A DNA stretch of 32,000 nt from assembly GCF_000619845.1 (NCBI RefSeq), contig NZ_JHUX01000003.1:370064-402063 (forward strand). Direction: 5' to 3'. Below are positions 16,555 through 25,610 of this stretch, piece after piece (position 1 is the first letter of the stretch; each line of letters begins with the position of its first letter). The notes under the pieces were generated by a model. That model was not told the origin of the DNA. It worked only from the letters and a program-made list of their open reading frames with translations, and ran no database searches. A program made the position numbers and the translations under genes. The stretch comes from Alkanindiges illinoisensis DSM 15370 (GTDB lineage: Bacteria > Pseudomonadota > Gammaproteobacteria > Pseudomonadales > Moraxellaceae).

Positions 16555-16626
16555 ATAGCTCAACTGATCTGATTTTGTTTTATAGATAGGGTGTTGCTTC
16601 TCGTTGTTTAGAGAGGCAATCTGATA

Positions 16627-18018
16627 TTAATGAAAAGCTGATGCACTGGAATACAGTATTTTTGCCAACCGGTTATGTTGTTCTATCACCACAGGCAGAT
16701 CAATGGTATTGAGCTGGCCCTCTTGTACAACTACGTTGCCATTAATAATGGAATAGTCCACCTGTTGCGGCGCACAAAACAGCAGTGCTGCCACCGGATC
16801 ATGAATAGCGGCGCCTGCCATAGCCAGGGTATCGGTTCTAAAAGCAATCACGTCTGCACTCATGCCAACCGCCAGTGCACCAATATCGTGACGACCCAAT
16901 ACCTTTGCACCACCCAAGGTTGCCATTTCCAGTGCCTGCCGCGCATTCAGTGCGGCCGGGCCATGTCCCACCCGTGCCAGTAACATGGCTTGCCTGGCTT
17001 CACCCAGCAGGTGTGCGCCATCGTTGGAAGCGGAGCCGTCCACACCCAGCCCAATATTTATACCGGCCTTGAGCATGGCTGGAATCGGTGCAATACCGGA
17101 AGCCAGCCGCATGTTGGAGCAGGGACAATGGGCAATGCCAGTCCCTGTACGTGCAAATAAATCAATGCCCTGATGATCCAGCTTGACACAATGGGCATGC
17201 CAGACATCAGCACCGACCCAGCCTAGCGATTCAGCATATTGCGCGGGGGTCATGCCAAATTTTTGCAGGCTATAGCTAATATCATTGTCGTTCTCGGCCA
17301 GATGGGTATGCAGGCCAACCCCATAACTGCGCGCCAGCAACGCTGATTCGCGCATTAAATCACGGCTGACTGAAAACGGTGAGCAGGGCGCAACCGCAAT
17401 GCGCAACATGGCATGCGGCTGTGGATCATGCCATTGCTCAATCAGGCGCATGCTGTCGTTTAAAATCGCCTGTTCCTGTTCCACCAAGGCATCCGGTGGC
17501 AGACCACCCTGACTTTCCCCCACGCTCATGCTGCCACGACAGGCATGAAAGCGCATGCCAATCTGTTGCGCTGCTTCAATGGAATCATCCAGACGACAAC
17601 CATTGGGATAAATATAAAGGTGATCACTGGAGGTGGTGCACCCAGATAAAATCAGTTCTGCCATGGCCGTTAAGGTAGACACCTGAATCATTTCAGGGGT
17701 CAGGCCCGCCCAGATGGGATATAGGCGTTGCAGCCAGCCAAACAGTTCGGCATCCTGTGCACCCGGAATGGCCCTGGTCAGGCTTTGGTACATATGGTGA
17801 TGGGTATTGACCAGACCTGGCAGCAACACCCGATGCTGCATGTTGATGATTTGGTCAGGATGAATCTGCTGGCTATTCACCAACTGCTGCACTTCATCCG
17901 TGGTGCCAACGGCGGCAATCACACCATCACAAATCAATAAGGCGCCATCGCTGATTTCGCGACGGCTACTATCCATGGTGACCAGTACATCGGCATGCTG
18001 TAAAAAAATCGTGCTCAC
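16627..18018 (-). CDS. amidohydrolase-superfamily deaminase, 8-oxoguanine-deaminase-like
   Basis: LVNTHHHMYQSLTRA (HxH), HTHLAEN, HCPCSN, GVDGSASN. Paralogous to the 8663-10102 product. Start reassigned to GTG 18018 (AGGA SD 6 nt upstream), giving MSTIFLQHADVLVTMD. The ORF-track extension to 18111 runs through a terminator hairpin. Confidence 0.8.
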   Translation of the reverse strand: MSTIFLQHADVLVTMDSSRREISDGALLICDGVIAAVGTTDEVQQLVNSQQIHPDQIINMQHRVLLPGLVNTHHHMYQSLTRAIPGAQDAELFGWLQRLYPIWAGLTPEMIQVSTLTAMAELILSGCTTSSDHLYIYPNGCRLDDSIEAAQQIGMRFHACRGSMSVGESQGGLPPDALVEQEQAILNDSMRLIEQWHDPQPHAMLRIAVAPCSPFSVSRDLMRESALLARSYGVGLHTHLAENDNDISYSLQKFGMTPAQYAESLGWVGADVWHAHCVKLDHQGIDLFARTGTGIAHCPCSNMRLASGIAPIPAMLKAGINIGLGVDGSASNDGAHLLGEARQAMLLARVGHGPAALNARQALEMATLGGAKVLGRHDIGALAVGMSADVIAFRTDTLAMAGAAIHDPVAALLFCAPQQVDYSIINGNVVVQEGQLNTIDLPVVIEQHNRLAKILYSSASAFH

Positions 18019-18071
18019 ATTGAGTCCTGCTGTGTGGTGACAAAATGGGGAAGGTGAAAGGTTTAAGCACC

Positions 18072-18109
18072 AAAAAAATATCGAAGCGGGCGGATGACCA
18101 CGCTTCGAC
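18072..18109 (-). terminator. Rho-independent terminator after the BMP substrate-binding gene
   Basis: Minus strand reads TCGAAGCG-tggtcatccgcc-CGCTTCGA followed by TATTTTTTT. Confidence 0.7.
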
Positions 18110-18164
18110 ATTTTTGGGATGTTGAGGAAAAATCCTCTGGTTTAGGCCTGAAAATTAAAAAGGT

Positions 18165-19295
18165 TTATTTAGGCAGTGAGCCAGTAACGCCCTGTACATA
18201 AAAGTTCATTTTGCTGAGTTCTGCATCAGAAAATACTTTGCCTTTGGCCACAATGACTTTGCCGCTCTGGTCAGCAATCGGGCCGGAAAACGGATGGAAT
18301 TTGCCGGTACGGATATTTTCACGCACTGCCAGCACGGCACTTTTAGCCTCTGGGGTGATATCCGGGCCAAAGTTTTCAATATCAATGGCACCATGGCTGA
18401 CACCCCACCAGATTTGACCGGGCTTCCAGGTTTTATTGAGCACATCACTCAACACTTTAGTATAAATGGTTTCCCAGTGAATCACCGAGGCCGCCAGTTG
18501 TGCTTTTGGCCCAAATTTATTCATGTTGGAATCCCAGCCAAAGGCATGCACACCCTTTTGTTCAGCGGCTTGTACCACTGCAGGCGAATCGGTATTTTGC
18601 ATCAGGGTATCGCTACCTTGTGAAATCAGCGCCAGTGCTGCGTCGCGTTCCTTGCCCGGATCAAACCATGAGTTGACCCAGATCACCTGTGTAGTCACCT
18701 TGGGATTGACACTACGCGCACCCAGTGTGTAGGCATTGATATTGCGCACTACTTCCGGAATCGGGAAGGAAGCAACCACACCGATTTTATTGGTTTTGGT
18801 GGTTTTGCCGGCAATTACGCCCAGCATGTAGGCGCCTTCATAGGTATGTACATCATAGGTTCCCATGTTTTTGCCAGTCTTATAGCCCGTGGCGTGCATA
18901 AAAATGGTATTGGGATAAATCTTGGCCACCTTGGCCATCTGGTTCATATAGCCAAATGAGGTGGCAAACACGACTTTATTGCCCTGTTGTGCCAGGTTGC
19001 GCATCACCCGTTCGGCATCTGCAGTTTCTGGTACATTCTCGATATAGCTTGTTTTCACAGCTCCTTTAAGTTTGCTTTCCACAGCAAGGCGGCCCTGATT
19101 ATGGGAGTATGTCCAGCCGTGGTCGCCTGTTGGCCCAATATAAATAAATGCAGCCTTGATCGGGTCGGCTGCTGAGGCAGGTGTCATTAAGCCAAGGCTT
19201 AACAAACTGCCCGTTAACAGTGCAATAGCGCCTTTTTTGAACTGATTAAACGCAAAAACGGTGGCAGGTTTGGTTTTATAAGGGTGTTGAAACAT
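18165..19295 (-). CDS. BMP-family (PnrA/Med-like) ABC transporter periplasmic substrate-binding protein
   Basis: Signal peptide ending TPASA/AD with no lipobox Cys. BMP-family core (IGPTGDHGWT, FATSFGY, NSWFDPGKE). ATG 19295 has a GGGAGA SD 7 nt upstream. The ORF-track start at 19370 is unlikely. Confidence 0.85.
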   Translation of the reverse strand: MFQHPYKTKPATVFAFNQFKKGAIALLTGSLLSLGLMTPASAADPIKAAFIYIGPTGDHGWTYSHNQGRLAVESKLKGAVKTSYIENVPETADAERVMRNLAQQGNKVVFATSFGYMNQMAKVAKIYPNTIFMHATGYKTGKNMGTYDVHTYEGAYMLGVIAGKTTKTNKIGVVASFPIPEVVRNINAYTLGARSVNPKVTTQVIWVNSWFDPGKERDAALALISQGSDTLMQNTDSPAVVQAAEQKGVHAFGWDSNMNKFGPKAQLAASVIHWETIYTKVLSDVLNKTWKPGQIWWGVSHGAIDIENFGPDITPEAKSAVLAVRENIRTGKFHPFSGPIADQSGKVIVAKGKVFSDAELSKMNFYVQGVTGSLPK

Positions 19296-19366
19296 GAGTG
19301 AGTCTCCCAGCAGCATTGACCATTCAGATGAATTGAAAAGAACGTCAAAGCAGTTTGTTATCAGGT

Positions 19367-19419
19367 ACACACCAGGCCAGTGCAGATCTTGGGGATTACA
19401 GCGAACTGGCCCGGTGTGT
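19367..19419 (-). repeat. 15-bp imperfect inverted repeat in the BMP gene leader
   Basis: ACACACCAGGCCAGT (19367-19381) pairs with ACTGGCCCGGTGTGT (19405-19419), 14 of 15 bp, with a 23-nt loop. It lies between the sigma-54-like promoter (19439-19454) and the start codon (19295). No T-run follows. Confidence 0.5.
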
Positions 19420-19438
19420 CATACGTCAGGGTTATCAA

Positions 19439-19454
19439 AGCAATTAATATTCCA
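19439..19454 (-). promoter_or_regulatory. sigma-54-like -24/-12 promoter for the BMP substrate-binding gene
   Basis: Minus strand reads TGGAAT-attaa-TTGCT with correct spacing, 144 bp upstream of the ATG. Confidence 0.5.
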
Positions 19455-19593
19455 TTAGTCATGGCATTTGAGGCATGATGACTATGCGTAAAACCGAATT
19501 TTGCAGCAGTTTTTTCCCTGTACACTGAAAATAACAACGGCTGGTGAGGTGTATCAGTCACGGCATGAATAATGAGTGTATGGGGAAAGGATA

Positions 19594-20115
19594 ATGAGCC
19601 AGCACAGTAGTGATCAGGTGTTATCAGACCAGATGCTATCAGCGCAGGATGCAGGATTTTTAAGACAATCCTTTGCGCTGGCTGCACAGACACGCCAGCA
19701 GGGTATGCACCCTTTTGCAGCAATTGTGGTGAACGAGCAGGGAGAGGTAGTGGCACAGGCGGGCAACAACTCTCTGCCACCAGCGGGTGATCCAACCCGC
19801 CATGCTGAAATTGTAGCCGCAGGGATGGCTGCCAAAATACTGACGCTGGCACAAATGAAACAATGCACGCTGTATACCAACGCAGAACCGTGCGCGATGT
19901 GTGCCGGAGCTATTTACTGGTCCGGCATTGGCAAAGTGGTTTACGGTATTTCTGAAACCCAGTTGCTGCAAATTACTGGTGATCATCCGGAAAATCCGAC
20001 CATGTCGCTGCCGTGCCGGCAGGTGTTTGCCAGCGGGCAGCGCAGCATTCAGGTGATCGGCCCCTGCCTGGAGCAGGAAGCCGCCGCAGTGCATGACGGC
20101 TTCTGGCAACACTGA
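19594..20115 (+). CDS. CDA-fold zinc deaminase (nucleoside/guanine deaminase-like, TadA/GuaD-Bsu type)
   Basis: Zinc motifs HAE (PTRHAEIVA) and PCxxC (EPCAMCAGA). ATG 19594 preferred over the ORF-track GTG 19576. Confidence 0.8.
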   Translation: MSQHSSDQVLSDQMLSAQDAGFLRQSFALAAQTRQQGMHPFAAIVVNEQGEVVAQAGNNSLPPAGDPTRHAEIVAAGMAAKILTLAQMKQCTLYTNAEPCAMCAGAIYWSGIGKVVYGISETQLLQITGDHPENPTMSLPCRQVFASGQRSIQVIGPCLEQEAAAVHDGFWQH

Positions 20116-20194
20116 ACGCTTAAACCTGACATCATGGGCAACGGCATATAAACCTAATACTAAAGTGGACATAGCGTTAAGGGACGATGCGCTA

Positions 20195-20210
20195 TGGAAT
20201 GGATGTTGCA
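20195..20210 (+). promoter_or_regulatory. sigma-54-like -24/-12 promoter for xdhABC
   Basis: TGGAAT-ggatg-TTGCA with correct spacing, 62 bp upstream of the xdhA ATG. Confidence 0.55.
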
Positions 20211-20271
20211 TTTATTGGTTATGAGGATGATTACTGTCATCCATGTGCTGATTTAATGGCTGGAAAGAAAA

Positions 20272-21930
20272 ATGTCTAAAGCTTTACGGGACAGTGGTAC
20301 AGAACGCCCAATACAATTTTATTTTCAGGGTAAGGTGCAGCAGGTTGACAACCCTGAGCCAACCCGCACTGTATTACAGTTTTTGCGTGAGGACTGCCGT
20401 GCAACTGGAACCAAGGAAGGCTGTGCCGAAGGCGACTGTGGTGCCTGTACGGTGGTGGTTGGCGAGCTAAAACCATCTGCGGATGGTGAGCAACACCTGC
20501 AACTGCGTGCCATTAATTCCTGTATCCAGTTTTTACCCACGCTGGATGGCAAGGCGCTGTTTAGTGTGGAAGACGTGGCACAGCTTGCTGTACAGGCCGA
20601 TGAAGCTAAAGCGGAGCATCAACCTCAGCATTTTTCTGTAGATACAGTATCGCTATTGCATCCGGTGCAGCAGGCCATGGTGGAGCAGCACGCCTCGCAG
20701 TGCGGGTTTTGTACGCCGGGCTTTGTGATGTCGCTATGGGCGATGTATGAACAGCATACCGAGTGTCCATCCACTGAACAAATTACCGAATATTTGTCGG
20801 GCAACCTGTGCCGCTGTACGGGGTATCGTCCCATTCTGGATGCAGCCAAAGCGGCTTATTTATTGCCACGCCAAACGCTGGAAACCCGAAAAATTATTGA
20901 TGCCTTAAATAGCCTGCAACAGCAGCACAGCCTTGGCTATAGCGCACATGGGCAACACTTTTTTGCGCCTAAAACTATTGAAGAACTGGCGCAGTTGCGT
21001 ATGCAGTATCCGCAGGCACGCTTGCTGGCTGGCAGTACTGATATTGGCCTTTGGGTGACCAAACAGGGGCGGGCGCTAGGCGATATGATTTATCTGGGAG
21101 GCGTCGCGGAGTTAAAAACCATCCGGCAAACCGGGGAATATCTGGAAATTGGCGCCATGGCTTCACTGACCGATGCCTTTGCTGCACTCACCAGCCTGCA
21201 TTACGGATGGACAGAGCTGGCACGGCGTTTTGCCTCCAGGCCGATTCAGAATGCAGGTACCCTGGGTGGTAATGTGGCAAATGGTTCACCCATTGGCGAT
21301 TCCATGCCTGCCTTGATTGCCTTAAATGCCCGGGTGGTATTACAGCAGGATGAGGCGCTGCGGGAATTACCACTGGATGAATTCTATCTGGATTACCAGA
21401 AAACCGCGCTGGCCAGTAGCGAGTTTGTGCGTTCGGTCAAAATTCCTTATCCGTCTACTTCACAGGATACGCACCATTTTAGTACTTATAAAATTGCCAA
21501 ACGCAATGAGCAGGACATTTCTGCGGTATGTGCAGCGTTTTCAGTTTATCTGGATAAACAAAACAGGGTGCAGCAAATCCGGATGGCCTATGGGGGCATG
21601 GCGGCCATTCCAAAGCGGGCACTACAGGCCGAGCAGGCCATGCTTGGGCAATTGTGGAATACACAAGTCATTCAATTGGCTCAACAGGCATTATGCAGTG
21701 ATTTTTCGCCTCTAAGTGATGGACGTGCCAGCCGCGAATATCGCCAGTGGATTGCTGCCAATCTGTTGCAGCGTTTTTATCTGGAAAGTCTGGATGTGCA
21801 AAGTCTGGATATACAAAGCCTGCCTGTAAACAACCCTGATCCGGATGTGGCAGCAACCCGGCCTCCCAGACGATTGAGTAACCTGATTGCCACCGTTGAT
21901 ATTAGCGCTGAACCGGGAGTGGCACCATGA
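20272..21930 (+). CDS. xdhA: xanthine dehydrogenase small subunit (2x[2Fe-2S] + FAD-binding)
   Basis: Cys clusters CAEGDCGACTV and CGFCTPGF...CRCTGY. FAD-binding domain (LLAGSTDIGLWVTK). ATGA overlap with xdhB. The C-terminus is extended relative to my expectation for XdhA. Confidence 0.9.
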   Translation: MSKALRDSGTERPIQFYFQGKVQQVDNPEPTRTVLQFLREDCRATGTKEGCAEGDCGACTVVVGELKPSADGEQHLQLRAINSCIQFLPTLDGKALFSVEDVAQLAVQADEAKAEHQPQHFSVDTVSLLHPVQQAMVEQHASQCGFCTPGFVMSLWAMYEQHTECPSTEQITEYLSGNLCRCTGYRPILDAAKAAYLLPRQTLETRKIIDALNSLQQQHSLGYSAHGQHFFAPKTIEELAQLRMQYPQARLLAGSTDIGLWVTKQGRALGDMIYLGGVAELKTIRQTGEYLEIGAMASLTDAFAALTSLHYGWTELARRFASRPIQNAGTLGGNVANGSPIGDSMPALIALNARVVLQQDEALRELPLDEFYLDYQKTALASSEFVRSVKIPYPSTSQDTHHFSTYKIAKRNEQDISAVCAAFSVYLDKQNRVQQIRMAYGGMAAIPKRALQAEQAMLGQLWNTQVIQLAQQALCSDFSPLSDGRASREYRQWIAANLLQRFYLESLDVQSLDIQSLPVNNPDPDVAATRPPRRLSNLIATVDISAEPGVAP

Positions 21931-24440
21931 ATCAAATTATTCCAGAGGGTATCAACCTACAGCGTGATACCTTAGGCGTGGAACATTTAACTGATAATCC
22001 TGCAAAACATTCCTTTATCGGCAAGTCCATTCCGCATGAAAGCGCGCATCTGCATGTCAGTGGCAAGGCAACCTATATTGATGACAGCGTAGAGCTGACG
22101 GGCACCTTGCATGCTGCTGTGGGTTTATCCACCTGTGCGCATGGCCGGATCAAGTCACTTGATTTATCCAGGGTATGGGCGGCGGCTGGTGTGCGTGATG
22201 TATTGCTGGCACAGGATATTCCACATAATAACTGTGGGCCAATGATTGCCGATGATCCGATTATTGCCGATGAGCTGGTCAGCTTTTATGGACAGGTCAT
22301 TTTTGTGGTGGCAGCGGATACCTATCAGCAGGCGCGTGCTGCGGTACGGCTGGCTGTGGTGGAATATGAGGTACTGGAACCCCTATTGAGCATTCAACAG
22401 GCGATCCAGGCAGAATCATGGGTGTTGCCTCCGGTTGAGCTGTCCCACAATAAGGCACAGGACAAACTGGCACAGGCACCCTATCGCTTGCAGGGCAGTG
22501 CCAGCGTGGGCGGACAGGAGCATTTTTATCTGGAAGGTCAGATCTCCTATGCCTGGCCCAGAGAAGACCACACGCTGCATGTATTGTGTTCTACCCAGCA
22601 TCCAACCGAAATGCAGTACCTGATTGGTCACGCGCTGGGTTACCGGGCGCATCAGGTCAGCATCGAAACCCGCCGGATGGGTGGTGGCTTTGGTGGCAAG
22701 GAGTCCCAGTCAGCACAGTGGGCCTGTATTGCAGCGTTGCTGGCGGTAAAAACCGGCAAGCCGGTCAAGTTGCGGCTGGATCGTGATGACGACATGGTGG
22801 CAACCGGCAAGCGTCACGGGTTTGATTATGAATGGGACGTTGGCTTTGATGCTGACGGGCGTATTGTGGGATTGTATATCCAGTTGGCCTCCAACTGCGG
22901 GTTTTCGGCAGATTTATCCGGGCCGGTGAATGACCGTGCCATTTGCCATGTGGATAATGGCTATTATCTGGATGCGGTGACTATTCGCAGTTTACGTTGT
23001 AAAACCAATACAGTATCCAACACGGCATTTCGTGGTTTTGGCGGGCCACAGGGCATGTTCCCGATTGAATATATTGTTGATGATATTGCCTATGCGCTGG
23101 ACAAGGATCCGCTGGACGTGCGCCTGCTGAATTTTTATGATGAGGCAAATTCAGAAGCAGCCACAAAAACAGGCACCGATACAGTTACAGGGATTCGTAA
23201 CACCACCCATTACGGCACTACCATTACCGATAATGTATTGCCTACGCTTGTTAATGAGTTGGCAGAAAGCTGCAATTACCACGCAAGGCGTGCCGACATT
23301 GCCCGCTTTAATGCGGATAGCCCGATCATCAAAAAAGGTCTGGCCTTAACGCCGGTCAAGTTTGGAATTTCCTTTAATGCTACCATGTACAATCAGGCGG
23401 GTGCGCTGATTCATGTGTATAGTGATGGCACAGTGCTGGTCAATCATGGTGGCACCGAAATGGGGCAGGGACTGTACAGCAAAATCCGCCAGATCGTCGC
23501 GCATGAGTTTAGCATTCCACTGGCTGATGTGCGGTTTTCTGCCACCGATACCAGCCGTGTCCCCAACACATCAGCTACCGCAGCATCCAGCGGTACAGAC
23601 TTAAATGGCAAGGCGGCTCAAGCAGCCTGTATTACCATTCGTACCCGCCTGGCAATTTTCGCCAGTGAAATGGCAAATACCGACATCAGCACGGTTTATT
23701 TTAAAGATGGATATGTCTATGCTGGCCAACAACACTGGACTTTTGCAGAACTGGTGCTATCGGCGTATTACTCAAGAATCCAGTTGTGGGATAGCGGTTT
23801 TTATAAAACCCCGGATATTCACTGGAATCCTGCCATTCGCTATGGCAGGCCGTTTTATTATTTTGCCTATGGCGCGGCGGCCACCGAGGTTGCCATTGAT
23901 ACCTTAACGGGTGAAACCCGGATATTACGTACTGATATTTTGCATGATGTCGGGCAATCGATTAATCCGGCCATTGATATTGGTCAAATTGAAGGCGGCT
24001 TTATTCAGGGTATGGGCTGGCTGACCAGCGAGGAATTATACTGGGTAACCAGTGGGCCGAAGGCCGGGCATTTGTTTACCCACGCGCCATCCACCTACAA
24101 GATTCCTACCGCTGCCGATATTCCTGCGATTTTTAACGTAAAACTGTTTAATAACCGCAATGTGGAAGACACCATTTATCGTTCCAAGGCCGTGGGTGAA
24201 CCGCCATTTATGCTGGCGTTATCGGTGTTTTCTGCCTTGCGTGATGCCGTCGCCGCCACCGTGCAAACCGATGTGCTGACGGCGCAGGGACTTAAGCAAA
24301 AACCATCATTACAGGCGCCAGCAACCCCGGAAAATATCCTGCGGGCAATTTATACGGCACAACAGCAGTCTTTAACTACAGACTTTTCAGCCACTGCCAT
24401 AGATGCAGCTAATCATGATGCTGCACCTGTTAGGACGTAA
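21927..24440 (+). CDS. xdhB: xanthine dehydrogenase large molybdopterin-binding subunit
   Basis: 837 aa. RRMGGGFGGKES, GGTEMGQGLYSK and KAVGEPPF motifs of the xanthine oxidase family. GGGAG SD. Confidence 0.92.
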   Translation: MNQIIPEGINLQRDTLGVEHLTDNPAKHSFIGKSIPHESAHLHVSGKATYIDDSVELTGTLHAAVGLSTCAHGRIKSLDLSRVWAAAGVRDVLLAQDIPHNNCGPMIADDPIIADELVSFYGQVIFVVAADTYQQARAAVRLAVVEYEVLEPLLSIQQAIQAESWVLPPVELSHNKAQDKLAQAPYRLQGSASVGGQEHFYLEGQISYAWPREDHTLHVLCSTQHPTEMQYLIGHALGYRAHQVSIETRRMGGGFGGKESQSAQWACIAALLAVKTGKPVKLRLDRDDDMVATGKRHGFDYEWDVGFDADGRIVGLYIQLASNCGFSADLSGPVNDRAICHVDNGYYLDAVTIRSLRCKTNTVSNTAFRGFGGPQGMFPIEYIVDDIAYALDKDPLDVRLLNFYDEANSEAATKTGTDTVTGIRNTTHYGTTITDNVLPTLVNELAESCNYHARRADIARFNADSPIIKKGLALTPVKFGISFNATMYNQAGALIHVYSDGTVLVNHGGTEMGQGLYSKIRQIVAHEFSIPLADVRFSATDTSRVPNTSATAASSGTDLNGKAAQAACITIRTRLAIFASEMANTDISTVYFKDGYVYAGQQHWTFAELVLSAYYSRIQLWDSGFYKTPDIHWNPAIRYGRPFYYFAYGAAATEVAIDTLTGETRILRTDILHDVGQSINPAIDIGQIEGGFIQGMGWLTSEELYWVTSGPKAGHLFTHAPSTYKIPTAADIPAIFNVKLFNNRNVEDTIYRSKAVGEPPFMLALSVFSALRDAVAATVQTDVLTAQGLKQKPSLQAPATPENILRAIYTAQQQSLTTDFSATAIDAANHDAAPVRT

Positions 24441-24443
24441 GCC

Positions 24444-25514
24444 ATGAAACTCTGGTTGTCCAGCTTGCCGTGCTGGTTGCAGCAGGGCAGTGATTGTGTG
24501 CTAGTCACAGTGGTACAGGTGCAGGGTTCTACGCCACGGGAAGCAGGTGCCAGTATGCTATTGCGCCTGGCTAATAATACTGGTGTGCAATCAGCCCAGC
24601 TAGCGGGTATGCAACAGGTCGACACCATCGGCGGCGGTCATCTGGAGTGGCAGGCCTGTCATATTGCGCAGCAAATGTTACAGGAATCCGGTGCGGTGCC
24701 CGTGCGGCTGGAGCGTTTTAATTTGGGGGCACGGCTAGGGCAGTGCTGTGGCGGACTGGCGCTATTGGTATTTGAAAAAATTTTGGCGAGTCAGTTGGAT
24801 AGCTGGCAGCAGCGTAGGGAGTGCCTGACCACGCCGCGGTCTGCTGGCAACACGCCATACAGCCTACAGCGCCAGTTACAGGCAGGCCATGCAACATCAC
24901 AATGGACATTCAGCGATCAAGATTCAGTCCAGACAGAAACAGCAGTTTTTTGCGTTCCCTCATCGGTAGATGCTCAGGACTGGTATTTTGAACAGACCTT
25001 GCTCAACCACCAGTTTCATGTGGTGGTGTTTGGTGCAGGTCATGTCGGGCAGGCTGTGGTACAGGCATTGTTACCGCTACAAGCCAGTATTTGCTGGGTG
25101 GATGTACGCGATCAGGTATTTCCAGCGTGGTCGCATCCTGATTTAAGCTGCATTTCAACCGATACGCCTGAATATGAAATTGAGCATGCACCCGCCAACA
25201 GTTATTTTTTGATCATGACCCATAATCATGCGCTGGATCTGGCTTTGTGCCACGCCTTATTCAAGCGGCATGACTATGCCTATTTTGGCCTGATTGGTTC
25301 TCACAGCAAGCGTGCGATATTTGAACGCCGTTTACGGCAACGTGGGGTCTTACAGACACAACTTGAACAAATGATCTGCCCGATCGGCGTGCAGGGCATT
25401 CACAGTAAGGAACCCGCAGCTATTGCCATTGCTGTCGTGGCACAGTTGTTACAGATGAAGTCATTATCCATGCAGACCGTTAAGGCTGAGGTTGCCGTAC
25501 CGGGACTGGCTTGA
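24444..25514 (+). CDS. xdhC: xanthine dehydrogenase accessory/maturation factor XdhC
   Basis: XdhC/CoxI N-terminal domain (VLVTVVQVQGSTPREAGASML) and a Rossmann-like domain (VVVFGAGHVGQAVV). Starts 3 nt after the xdhB stop. Confidence 0.85.
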   Translation: MKLWLSSLPCWLQQGSDCVLVTVVQVQGSTPREAGASMLLRLANNTGVQSAQLAGMQQVDTIGGGHLEWQACHIAQQMLQESGAVPVRLERFNLGARLGQCCGGLALLVFEKILASQLDSWQQRRECLTTPRSAGNTPYSLQRQLQAGHATSQWTFSDQDSVQTETAVFCVPSSVDAQDWYFEQTLLNHQFHVVVFGAGHVGQAVVQALLPLQASICWVDVRDQVFPAWSHPDLSCISTDTPEYEIEHAPANSYFLIMTHNHALDLALCHALFKRHDYAYFGLIGSHSKRAIFERRLRQRGVLQTQLEQMICPIGVQGIHSKEPAAIAIAVVAQLLQMKSLSMQTVKAEVAVPGLA

Positions 25515-25543
25515 TGCTGGTTTTGCCTCATCTTCAGTCAATT

Positions 25544-25573
25544 AACCTGCCTGAGAAGCTTGGGCAGGTTTGA
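25544..25573 (+). terminator. weak terminator-like hairpin after xdhC
   Basis: AACCTGCC-tgagaagcttg-GGCAGGTT followed by only TTT. The 3' arm is duplicated by the adjacent tandem repeat, so two alternative hairpins are possible. Confidence 0.3.
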
Positions 25574-25588
25574 AGCTTAGGCAGGTTT
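25555..25588. repeat. tandem 17-bp direct repeat (2 copies, 1 mismatch)
   Basis: GAAGCTTGGGCAGGTTT followed directly by GAAGCTTAGGCAGGTTT. Lies between the convergent xdhC and adenine deaminase genes. Confidence 0.7.
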
Positions 25589-25610
25589 GGATGATATCAA
25601 ATCAAAAAAA

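Noticed and set aside
18083-18098. GG-N10-GC match (TGGTCA-tccgc-CCGCT, minus strand) upstream of the 16627-18018 gene.
   Set aside because: The -12 box is poor (CCGC) and the whole match lies within the terminator hairpin. It is most likely coincidental.
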